Shown here: positions 27,786 through 37,458 of the stretch, in pieces
Layout: every line of letters begins with the position of its first letter
Position numbering within the stretch: position 1 is the stretch's first letter
Assembly: GCF_049337375.1 (NCBI RefSeq)
Contig: NZ_JBMPIV010000001.1
DNA length: 64,000 bases
Source of the DNA: Nannocystis pusilla
Lineage (GTDB): Bacteria; Myxococcota_A; Polyangia; Nannocystales; Nannocystaceae
Direction: 5' to 3' (one strand)
Position numbers and translations under genes: made by a program
Notes under the pieces: model-generated
What the model saw: the letters and a program-made list of their open reading frames with translations, nothing else
What the model was told of the DNA's origin: nothing
The model's database searches: none

Positions 27786-27807
27786 ATGGTTCATGCGGAT
27801 GAACCAT
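27786..27807. promoter_or_regulatory. Perfect 9-bp inverted repeat ATGGTTCAT-gcgg-ATGAACCAT next to a consensus TTGACA (27779..27784); candidate MarR operator/promoter
   Basis: Direct reading. The palindrome overlaps the first two in-frame ATGs of the MarR ORF, which argues for the downstream ATG at 27823 as the real start. Confidence 0.45.
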
Positions 27808-27822
27808 GTGTCGAAGCAAACC

Positions 27823-28296
27823 ATGAGCCGCAGCCCCGACGATCCGGTCAACGCCCGCCTGGGAGAGGTGCTCGAGGCGTTCATGAACCGGGTCGCCCAT
27901 CCCCGCGGGCGCGCGCTGGCGTTCTTGACCCAGTCGTCGGTCACCGTCGACCAGGCGATCCTCATGAATCACGCGCTGACCCGGCCCGGCAGCACCCCGA
28001 CCAGCCTGGCGGCGACGATGAACCTGTCGCTGCCCTCGATCAGCCAGATGCTCGAGCGGCTGGCGCGGCTCGGCATGCTCCGGCGCATCGAAGACCCGAC
28101 CGATCGCCGCCGCAAGACGATCGCGGTCACGCCGAAGGCCCGGCGGTTCCTCCGCGAGCTGCAGGCGGTCCGCTCGCAGGAGTTCTCGGCCGGCGCGGCG
28201 GCCCTGTCGCCCGCCACGCAGCAGCGGCTCGTCGCCGCGCTCGAACGAGCCCTGACCGAGCTCGACGCCGACCCGTCCGGAGGAGAACCGCGATGA
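27823..28296 (+). CDS. MarR family transcriptional regulator
   Basis: ...LTRPGSTPTSLAATMNLSLPSISQMLERLARLGMLRRIEDPTDRRRKTIAVTPKARRFL is a MarR-type winged helix-turn-helix. Its stop overlaps the downstream start (ATGA). Confidence 0.8.
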   Translation: MSRSPDDPVNARLGEVLEAFMNRVAHPRGRALAFLTQSSVTVDQAILMNHALTRPGSTPTSLAATMNLSLPSISQMLERLARLGMLRRIEDPTDRRRKTIAVTPKARRFLRELQAVRSQEFSAGAAALSPATQQRLVAALERALTELDADPSGGEPR

Positions 28297-28661
28297 TTCA
28301 GCTCGATCACCTGGCCGTCGAGGCGCGCGACGTCGCCGCCTCGGCGCGATTTTTGGCCGACCTCCTCGGCCTCGCGGAACCGGTGCCCGAGGGCGAGGAC
28401 GACGACATGCGCCGCATCGACCTCGACCACGGCGTGTTCGTCCTGTTCTCGCCGGCGAGCGAGCCGCGCTCCTCGCACGTCGCCTTCCGCGTCGACGTCG
28501 CTCGCTTCGGGGCGATCGTCGACCGCCTGCGCGCGCGGGGGGTCGTGTTCGGCAACGATCACGACGACACCCGCAATCACAGGACCGACGACCTCCTCGG
28601 CGGTGAAGGGCGCGTCTATTTCCACGACGCCGACGGCCACCTGTGGGAGGTGGCCTGCTGA
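28293..28661 (+). CDS. VOC/glyoxalase-bleomycin-resistance family protein
   Basis: MIQLDHLAVEARDVAASARFLADLLGL...HVAFRVDVARFGAIVDRLRARGVVF...GRVYFHDADGHLWEV. GGAGGA 8 nt upstream. Translationally coupled to MarR. Confidence 0.75.
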   Translation: MIQLDHLAVEARDVAASARFLADLLGLAEPVPEGEDDDMRRIDLDHGVFVLFSPASEPRSSHVAFRVDVARFGAIVDRLRARGVVFGNDHDDTRNHRTDDLLGGEGRVYFHDADGHLWEVAC

Positions 28662-28682
28662 GGCCGCGCCCTCGCGAGGCCG

Positions 28683-28716
28683 GGGACCTCTGCCGCGTGA
28701 CGCGTGGAGGTCCCCG
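28683..28716. terminator. Hairpin GGGGACCTC-n16-GAGGTCCCC between convergent genes (no T-run; possible bidirectional terminator)
   Basis: Direct reading only. Confidence 0.3.
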
Positions 28717-28722
28717 CGCGCC

Positions 28723-30261
28723 TCAAGGCGCGAGGGCGTCGAGCTCGATGCGGAGGGCGCGGACGACGATCTCGCCCGGGAGGGCGCCGTGCAGGCGCAG
28801 GCCGACCGCCAGCGAGTCGCCATACGCCTGCGCGTGCGTGGCGACGAGGGTGTCGCCGAACTCCGACCAGGCGTCGGACGTCGCCAGCCGGGGGATGGGC
28901 AGCGTGAGGACCTCGACCGGGTCGGCGCCGTCCATGGTCACGCGGAACACGTGCAGCGTCGAGGTGGTGGCGTCGCTGACCACCGAGGGCTGGCAGAAGC
29001 AGCCGAAGCGCTCCTCACATTCGAGGGTGTACTCGTAGGTGGTGTCGAGCTGGGTGGTGACCACGACGGCCCAGGCGAGGCCGTCCGGCGTGCGGGCGAG
29101 CGTGGCGGTGTGGTCCTCGAAACCGGTGGCCGTGGCAATGCACGACGCCGGGCACTTGTCGTCGTCGTCGGGCGACACCGAACCTTCGCACATGCTCTCG
29201 AGCAGGCCGAAGCCGGGGAGCTGGGCGGCGGCGCTGGTCTCGTCGTCGAGCGGCCAGGCGACCTCGAGGAGCGCGTCGTCCTGGATGAGCGCGGCGAACG
29301 GAGCCCCGACCGGCGGGGTCGGCTGCGCGCTCGGGACGAGGAAGTAGTGCTGCCCGCTCGACGAGTTGAAGTTCTTGCCGAGGCGCTGCAGGGCGCCGTC
29401 GACCTCGACGTCGAGCCAGTACAGGGTGTCTTCCTTGCGCATGTCGGCGGCGAGGAGGCGCCCCTGCGCGTCGCGCCCGAACTTGGGTGTGCCATAGCCG
29501 CCGGTCGGGAAGGCGACGGACGTGCTGGTCCATCCGCCCTGATCGTCGCGGACGAGCTCGCGGAAATCCTCGGGCCCCTCACCGAAGTGCCAGATGTGCG
29601 GCCGGCCGTCGGGGAGGACCTGGAACCCGGCCAGGGGCTCGCCGGCCATGCCCACGTGGGCGGTCTCCTCGGCCCAATCTCGAGCCTCGGCGACGTAGGC
29701 GATGTCGGCGTCGCCGGGGTCGAGCATGCCCTGGACCTCGGCCGCGACGTGCAGGTCGCCGCCGGGGCCGGCGGCGAGGTGAATCGTCGTCCGCGCGAAG
29801 CGAGCAGGCAGCGTGACTCGCTGGGCCGAGTCGGCCGTGACACGGAAGAGCATGCTGTCGGAGCTGCTCGAGGTGGCGACCCAGGTGACGTCGGGCGTGG
29901 GAGCGACGCGGACGCCAGGGCTGCCGAATTCGAAGTCGCCGCAGCGAAGCTCGACGTCGGCGGAGATCGGGCACGGGCCGGAGGGACAGACGGCAGCGGC
30001 GTGGTCGCCCGGGAAGACCTGGACGTCGCACGCGGGCAGCGGCGGATCGACGGTCGTGGTGGACGTCGTGGTCGGCTCGTCGAGCGTGGTCGTGGAGGTC
30101 GGGGTGAGGGTGGTGGTGGTCGTGGTCTCGCCGGGATCGGTGGTGCCGTCGGTGGTGGTCTGGGTGCCGCCGTCGGTGGTGGATTCGCTGGTCGAGGTCG
30201 AAGGACCACACGCGAGGGCCAGGGCGCTGGCGTTGGCGAGGAGCATAAGTAGGCTGCGCAT
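28723..30261 (-). CDS. Lipoprotein with long Thr-rich linker; no recognised domain
   Basis: MRSLLMLLANASALALAC (lipobox), then a linker of about 60 aa (TTDGGTQTTTDGTTDPGETTTTTTLTPTSTTT...). Globular remainder contains several Cys. Confidence 0.6.
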   Translation of the reverse strand: MRSLLMLLANASALALACGPSTSTSESTTDGGTQTTTDGTTDPGETTTTTTLTPTSTTTLDEPTTTSTTTVDPPLPACDVQVFPGDHAAAVCPSGPCPISADVELRCGDFEFGSPGVRVAPTPDVTWVATSSSSDSMLFRVTADSAQRVTLPARFARTTIHLAAGPGGDLHVAAEVQGMLDPGDADIAYVAEARDWAEETAHVGMAGEPLAGFQVLPDGRPHIWHFGEGPEDFRELVRDDQGGWTSTSVAFPTGGYGTPKFGRDAQGRLLAADMRKEDTLYWLDVEVDGALQRLGKNFNSSSGQHYFLVPSAQPTPPVGAPFAALIQDDALLEVAWPLDDETSAAAQLPGFGLLESMCEGSVSPDDDDKCPASCIATATGFEDHTATLARTPDGLAWAVVVTTQLDTTYEYTLECEERFGCFCQPSVVSDATTSTLHVFRVTMDGADPVEVLTLPIPRLATSDAWSEFGDTLVATHAQAYGDSLAVGLRLHGALPGEIVVRALRIELDALAP

Positions 30262-30530
30262 GCGCGGAGGCTAGCACGGACCCGGGCGCGGCGAGGCAAA
30301 GGATCGGCGGGTGATACTCGCTGTTGCTGATAGTCGCCCGGTGCAATGGGGGTACAGCATTGCATGCACCGCGGGTCCCTCGAGTGTGTTGCGCACGCTG
30401 CGCGTGATGCGTGGGGAGCGTTGCAGCCCCTCGCGACATCGCGCGGGGCGCTTGCTTCCATTTTTCAACGTGGTTCGAGTCGTCGACGGGATCGGGTATA
30501 AGTCCCGCCGCTGCTGGGGAGCGAAGACCG

Positions 30531-31991
<1,461 letters not shown>

Positions 31992-32113
31992 CGCCACGGG
32001 CAACGGTCGAGGCCGGTGGCGCGGTCGCCCGCGCCGCGAGGACCCGCACCCGTGGACCTTCAGCCGTGTCGCGCGGGCGGTGCACCCTGAGGGTCCCTCC
32101 GAGGAGAGACCCC

Positions 32114-32701
32114 ATGCGTGGACTCAAAACGCTCGTGTGTGCCCTCGCGCTCGCTGCCTGCGAAGGCGGCGATGGTGGAGCCGACAGCAACAACGGCCAG
32201 GTCAGCGCCGAGCTCGAGGGCTACTGCATCGCCACGTTCACGGGGAGCCACGAGTTCCTCAACCTCGGCGGCGACGTCGCGCTCCGCGTCGAGGAGGGGC
32301 AGCGCTACTTGCTGACCGGCCTGCCGGACTCGCCGGCGATCGTGTACCAGCACAGAGATGGGGCGTTCGACCTCGAGCTCGACGTGGCCACCGCGCCGAT
32401 CGAGGCGCCGTGCCTGGCCGAAGGCGCGGCGCTGACGGGGGAGTACGTCGCGTTCGCCGAGCTCGAGTTGTATTCGGACCAGGCCCTGCAAGACCTGGTG
32501 TGCACGATCGAGAAGTTCGCGAGCGGCAGCGGGATGGGCTTCGGCTACGGCTACGTCGCGGACAACGTCTACGAGGTCATCCCTGGCGGCGCTTTCTGCG
32601 ACGGCCTGAAGTCGGGCTACGTGCGGGCGACGCGGATCATGATCGGCGACATGGGCCACGTCGGGGTGCCGGTCCGGCAACTCTTCAAGCTCGAGGAGTG
32701 A
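32114..32701 (+). CDS. Small lipoprotein (195 aa)
   Basis: MRGLKTLVCALALAAC 6 nt after GAGGAGAG. In frame at the end of the otherwise spurious ORF 30311..32701. Confidence 0.55.
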   Translation: MRGLKTLVCALALAACEGGDGGADSNNGQVSAELEGYCIATFTGSHEFLNLGGDVALRVEEGQRYLLTGLPDSPAIVYQHRDGAFDLELDVATAPIEAPCLAEGAALTGEYVAFAELELYSDQALQDLVCTIEKFASGSGMGFGYGYVADNVYEVIPGGAFCDGLKSGYVRATRIMIGDMGHVGVPVRQLFKLEE

Positions 32702-32735
32702 GCCAGGCAGAGGCGGAAGCGCCGAGCGGACCTCG

Positions 32736-33176
32736 GTGAGCTCTCGATGTCGCGGCTGGGGGTCGCTGGCGAACAGCGTGATGCCGTCCCTGGTGGCGGC
32801 GCGGATCCGGCTGAACAATATGGACGGCAGAGATCCGGATCTGGCGACGTTCGGCCGGATCGCCGCGCTGTTCGAGCGCGACGACTTCGAGCTCGAGCAC
32901 CTCACGCTCTCGGGCGTGGCGTTCGCCCGCGACGACTTCGCGGCGCTGCTCGCCTCGCCGGTGACGACCCGCCTGAAGCTGCTCGACCTCGGCCGCGGCT
33001 GCACGGTCGAGGGCGGCGCCGAGACGGTGCTGAAGCTCCGCGAACGGCTCCCGGACGTGCTCGTCGTGCCGCCGATGGGCGTCGAGGCGGCCGCGCTCGT
33101 CGCCGGCGGGCTGCGGTCCTGCGCGCGCCACGAGCTCCATGCGACGATCGGCCCGGCGGTCCCCAGTCGCTGGTAG
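32736..33176 (+). CDS. Hypothetical protein (possibly LRR-like)
   Basis: High GC3. Sequence ...LEHLTLSGVAFARDDFAALLASPVTTRLKLLDLGRGCTVEGGAETVLKLRERLPDV. Start is uncertain. Confidence 0.4.
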   Translation: MSSRCRGWGSLANSVMPSLVAARIRLNNMDGRDPDLATFGRIAALFERDDFELEHLTLSGVAFARDDFAALLASPVTTRLKLLDLGRGCTVEGGAETVLKLRERLPDVLVVPPMGVEAAALVAGGLRSCARHELHATIGPAVPSRW

Positions 33177-33466
33177 CTCACCGCGGCGCAGCAGGCCGGT
33201 GGATGCCGTCCGGCGAGCAATCACGGTGACGAGGCGGGCTCGTCGACCCGCGCGAGGGGAGGTCGATGCGCGCGGGTCGTCGGCGAGCGGTCAGCGGCGC
33301 GCGCTGGGACAGTTGCAGCGGTGCGAACGCGCCTCGCACCGTTGCGACGACGCGGCGACTCGCGACGCGTACACTCGCCGCATACGCTCGTAGGTGCGAC
33401 TGTGAGCATTGCTCACGGTGCGCACGAGCCGACGCCGATCCATCGATCAGGCACGAGGAACCAACC

Positions 33467-33682
33467 ATGAAGAAGCTTGCATTCATTCTGTCCTTCGCAG
33501 CCGGCATCATCATCGCCAACACCGCGCTCGCGGCCCAGCCCACCAAGGCCTGCACCGCCAGCAACGAGGGCGAGACCGTGACCACGTGGAACAAGGCGCA
33601 CACGCGCTCGGAGACGTATCTCTGCAGCTCGGGCTGGCAGCTCATCCGCGTGTGCGCCAACGGCATCTGCGAAGACTATTGA
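33467..33682 (+). CDS. Small secreted 4-Cys peptide (71-aa precursor, about 49-aa mature)
   Basis: MKKLAFILSFAAGIIIANTALA / AQPTKACTASNEGETVTTWNKAHTRSETYLCSSGWQLIRVCANGICEDY. The N-terminal codons are unusually AT-rich for this genome (aag ctt gca ttc att). Confidence 0.5.
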   Translation: MKKLAFILSFAAGIIIANTALAAQPTKACTASNEGETVTTWNKAHTRSETYLCSSGWQLIRVCANGICEDY

Positions 33683-33699
33683 GGCGATCGTCCCTGCGC

Positions 33700-34647
33700 T
33701 CATTTGGATTCGACCCGTCCGAGCGGGTCGGCGGCGCCGGTCAGCGCATTCCGGGCGTCCTGCCACGCCCGGTCTCCGGGATAGAGCTGGGTGCGGAGGT
33801 AGGCCGCCGAGAGGCGCTGGACGACGGCGACGCGGTCGGGGTTCTCGTCGGTGGTCTCGGCGGCGTCGTAGCCCGAGACGCCGCCGAGGCCGTGCCCGGC
33901 GTCGAACAGGGTGAGCAGGGACTTGGGGCCAGGCGCGAGGACGTAGGGATCGGCGTGCCAGGCGGGGCCTGCGGTCGTCAGGTGGGGCGACCCGTCCTTG
34001 TCGCCGGCGACGACGAGCGCGGGCGTCGTCATCGTGGAGAAGTCGATGGTCGAGAAGAAGGGGTAGTGCTCGGCTGCGTACTGGCTGAGGGCGTCACCTC
34101 GGCCGGGCGCGGCGAGCAGCACGCCTGCCCCGATCCGCGGCTCCGCGAGGCTCACCTCGCTGCCGTCGCGCGGATCTCGGAGCCGCGCGCCGAGCAGCAC
34201 GCTCGCGGTGTGCCCGCCCATCGAGTGGCCGAGGACGGCGACCTTGCTGCGATCCACGCGCCCGGCGATCGCAGGCGCGGCGCGCTCAAGCGCGTCGAGC
34301 TGGTCGAGGATCCGCCTCATGTCCTCGACGCGCGCGCGCCAGAAGAGCGGCGCATCCGGGTGATCGGAGCCGCGGAAGGGCAGGGTCTTCGAGTCGAGGT
34401 GGGTGGGCTGAATCACGACGAAGCCGTGAGCCGCGAAGTAGTGGGCGAGGGGCGCGTAGCCGTTCAGGGAGGAGAGATGGTTGGAGGGGCCGTGGCCGTG
34501 CGAGAGCAGGAGGATGGGCAGTTCGCCGCCGGTCACGGGCGCCGAGACGCGCAGCTGGAGGTCCACTGCGCGGCCGGGGGCCGGGAGCACGATGGGGCTG
34601 ATCGAGAGGACTTGGGTGGGGCGCGCTGCGGGAGTGGGCTCGGTCAT
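33700..34647 (-). CDS. Alpha/beta hydrolase (dienelactone-hydrolase / chlorophyllase-like)
   Basis: Nucleophile elbow GHSMGG, plus HGHG and DKD motifs in the expected order. Confidence 0.75.
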   Translation of the reverse strand: MTEPTPAARPTQVLSISPIVLPAPGRAVDLQLRVSAPVTGGELPILLLSHGHGPSNHLSSLNGYAPLAHYFAAHGFVVIQPTHLDSKTLPFRGSDHPDAPLFWRARVEDMRRILDQLDALERAAPAIAGRVDRSKVAVLGHSMGGHTASVLLGARLRDPRDGSEVSLAEPRIGAGVLLAAPGRGDALSQYAAEHYPFFSTIDFSTMTTPALVVAGDKDGSPHLTTAGPAWHADPYVLAPGPKSLLTLFDAGHGLGGVSGYDAAETTDENPDRVAVVQRLSAAYLRTQLYPGDRAWQDARNALTGAADPLGRVESK

Positions 34648-34670
34648 GGTGCGGAGTTCCTTCGGCCACC

Positions 34671-35555
34671 TTGGTAGCTCCGGCCCGCGATGCCCGATTG
34701 GAAGGACCGGACATTTCCGGATCGAGCACTCCGCGCCGGCTTGAACGATCGCCGTCGGCGCGCGACAGTACGGGGGTGCTGCACGCTTTGGGCGCCACCG
34801 CCGCGACCTCTCCGCTCTCGCGCTTCATCGAGGACGTGTTCTTGCTCGTGCCGGTCGCCGGGCGCGCTCGCTACGAACGGCTGCCCGACGGAAGGACGAC
34901 GGTCGTGTTCCGCGTGATCGAGGAGGGCCGCAGCGGCGATGTGTGCGTCGTCGGCCCGCGCATGCGGGCGCTGGTCAAGGACGCCGGCGGCGTCGCGCGG
35001 GCGATCATCCTGCAGTTCAAGCCCGGCTGGTCGACGGCGCTCCTCGGCGTGGCAGCGAACGCGCTGACGGATCGGGTCGTGCCGCTGGAAGACATCTGGG
35101 GCCGCCCGGGCAGCGAGCTCTGCGATGCGCTGCTGGCGACGCGGAGCCTGCCGGAGGTGCTCGAGCGGGTGTCCCGCGCGATCGCGCTGCGCTCGCGCGA
35201 CAGCTTCGAGACGTCCTCGGCACGTCTGGCGCGCCGCGCGGTCCACTTGTTCGAGGGCGGCGAGGCCCGGGTGGAGCGCGTGGCGGAGCAGCTCGGCGTC
35301 ACGGCGCGGCATCTTCGTCGCAGCTTCACGGAGTGCGTCGGCATCGGCCCGAAGGACTTCGCGCGGACCGTCCGCCTGCGACGCGCGGTGCGGATGGCGG
35401 CGACGTCGAGGGACTGGGCGCGCATCGCCGCGGACGCGGGCTATTACGACCAGGCGCACCTCATCACCGACTTCCGCGAGCTCGTCGGGCTGACGCCGGG
35501 CACCTTCTTGAAGCGTGCCGGCTCCGCGGCGGCGGAGGTCGAGCTCCGCGATTGA
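34671..35555 (+). CDS. AraC family transcriptional regulator
   Basis: C-terminal AraC-type double helix-turn-helix (VAEQLGVTARHLRRSFTECVGIGPKDFARTVRLRRAVRMAATSRDWARIAADAGYYDQAHLITDFREL). Divergent from the hydrolase gene. N-terminal start is uncertain (TTG 34671 or a downstream GTG). Confidence 0.7.
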   Translation: MVAPARDARLEGPDISGSSTPRRLERSPSARDSTGVLHALGATAATSPLSRFIEDVFLLVPVAGRARYERLPDGRTTVVFRVIEEGRSGDVCVVGPRMRALVKDAGGVARAIILQFKPGWSTALLGVAANALTDRVVPLEDIWGRPGSELCDALLATRSLPEVLERVSRAIALRSRDSFETSSARLARRAVHLFEGGEARVERVAEQLGVTARHLRRSFTECVGIGPKDFARTVRLRRAVRMAATSRDWARIAADAGYYDQAHLITDFRELVGLTPGTFLKRAGSAAAEVELRD

Positions 35556-35570
35556 GCGCCGACGCGGCCG

Positions 35571-37253
35571 TCAGGCTTGCCAGATCCGGAGGCCGAAGGC
35601 GTCGGCGGCGACGCAGAGCACGCCGTCGACCGAGAGGGCGAGCCCCTCGGCGTCGATGGTGATGCGCGGGCGCTCGGGGTCCCGTCCGAGGTCGACGCGC
35701 TCGAGGAGCGTGCCCCGCTTCGCGTCGTGGAGGCTCACGGTGCTCGTCACGGTCTTGCTGCCCGGATCGTACACGCGTTCGCTGACGACGAGGCGCGCGC
35801 CGTCGGGCGAGAACGCGAGGTGGAAGCCGGCGTCGGGCGTCTCGTCCGGGTGAATGGCACCGCCCTGGAGCTCGTGGAGGACGCGACCGGACTCGAGCTC
35901 GACGATGCGCACGAGCGTTCGCTTGCCGAGCGAGCCGAGAGCCACGAGCGCGCCGTCAGCGGTGGCAGCGAACGCCGAGGCGCCGGCCCAGCTCGTCACG
36001 ACGGCGCCCGTCGCGAGATCGAAGAGCTTCACCGCGGACGGGCCGGTGAGCGTCATGGTGCCCGCGTCGTAAGCCTGGACGTGGGCGAGCAACCGGTCGC
36101 CGGCGGCGCCGAGCCGGCGCACGTTCTTCACGCGGGGCACCGTCTTCAGCGTCTGCTGCGTGGCGAGATCGAGGACGTGCAGGGTGTCGGCGGTGTCGGC
36201 GACGACGACCCGGCTGCCCACGCAGGCCAGGGCCGTGAGCGTGCGGCCCGGTCGCCACGGTTCGCGCTGGAGCGGCTTGCCCGTCACGCTGGAGCGCAGG
36301 ACGAGCCGATCGGCGGGCTCGCTCCCCCGCGTGTGCTCGAGCACCGCGACGGTCTGGCCGTCGGCGGACAGGTCCATCGCCTGCGCGTGCTTCTGCTTCC
36401 ACAGCCGCTCGCGTCGGCCCACGTCGTGGACGAAGAGCTCGTAGTTGGCGCCCCAGACGGCGAGGCGCTGGCCGTCGGGGCTGAACGCGACGCGGCGCGG
36501 GTACTCCTCCTCCAGGACCACGGGCGGCTGCTTCAGCGGCGGGAAGGACGGGCGGACGGCCGGCTGCTCGCTGGCGGCGGCTTGCACCTGCGGGCGCACG
36601 GGGCCGGGCGCCTTCTTCTTCGGCAGGCGCGCGAGGAGGGGGGCCCACTCTTCCGCCGGGACGTCCTCGAAGGCGCGCTCGAGCTCCGCGCGCAGATCGA
36701 TGTTGAGGCTCGCCTCGGCCTTCTTGTCGAGGAAGGCGAAGTACCAGCGCCACGTGCCGAACTTCGAGAACCACGCGACGAAGTCGGCGAAGGTGAGGCC
36801 CTTCAGCGGGTACGCCGCGTCGGCGCGGTGCACGAGGTAGATCGTCGGCTCCTCGGCGAAGTAGTCGATGGCGAGCTCGTTCGACTCGCCGGCGACGCCG
36901 GCAAGCAGCTTGAGCCGCATGCGGAGGTTGAGCTGGTCGATCGACTTCTTGTCGTAGTAATCCCCGTGCTCGTTGAAGAACTGCTCGTAGAAGGGGAGGT
37001 CCGCCCACTCGAGCTCGTCCACGTCGGCCTTCTTGACGACGCGGTGCTCGCGGAACGACCCCTTCTTGAGCCCGCCGAACATCTCGGCGAGGCCGACGAG
37101 GACGGCCTCTTCGCCGTTCCAGGACAGCTTCAGGCCGTCGCTCTTCGCGTAGAAGCGGGCGACGTCGCGAGGCAGACCGCCCGGGAGGACGGCGGCGATC
37201 GCCGGCTTGAGCTTCGCCAGCTTGCTCGGGGGGGACTTGAGGCGGCGTTCCAT
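35571..37253 (-). CDS. WD40/beta-propeller repeat protein with about 220-aa N-terminal domain (possibly SMI1/KNR4-SUKH-like)
   Basis: C-terminal repeats (VAFSPDGQRLAVWG, LSADGQTVAV, LAFSPDGARLVVS). The N-terminal GGLPRDVARFYAKSDGLKLSWNGEEAVLVG is weakly SUKH-like; this part of the call is low-confidence. Confidence 0.7.
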   Translation of the reverse strand: MERRLKSPPSKLAKLKPAIAAVLPGGLPRDVARFYAKSDGLKLSWNGEEAVLVGLAEMFGGLKKGSFREHRVVKKADVDELEWADLPFYEQFFNEHGDYYDKKSIDQLNLRMRLKLLAGVAGESNELAIDYFAEEPTIYLVHRADAAYPLKGLTFADFVAWFSKFGTWRWYFAFLDKKAEASLNIDLRAELERAFEDVPAEEWAPLLARLPKKKAPGPVRPQVQAAASEQPAVRPSFPPLKQPPVVLEEEYPRRVAFSPDGQRLAVWGANYELFVHDVGRRERLWKQKHAQAMDLSADGQTVAVLEHTRGSEPADRLVLRSSVTGKPLQREPWRPGRTLTALACVGSRVVVADTADTLHVLDLATQQTLKTVPRVKNVRRLGAAGDRLLAHVQAYDAGTMTLTGPSAVKLFDLATGAVVTSWAGASAFAATADGALVALGSLGKRTLVRIVELESGRVLHELQGGAIHPDETPDAGFHLAFSPDGARLVVSERVYDPGSKTVTSTVSLHDAKRGTLLERVDLGRDPERPRITIDAEGLALSVDGVLCVAADAFGLRIWQA

Positions 37254-37458
37254 GCCGGAGCGAAGACACCACGAACCAGGCGTCGCGGTGAAGCGGAGAT
37301 CCCCGGATGCTCAGGACGCGAGGCTGGCCTGGCTTGTCCGGCACCCAGCGAGGCGGGCCTGTCAACGGGTGCGAGCGAGAGTCTAACACCGTGGCTCCGG
37401 CGCCTCATGCCCTCGATCTCGCCTTCTTGGGCAGGAGCCTCGGGTGCCTGGGCGACCT

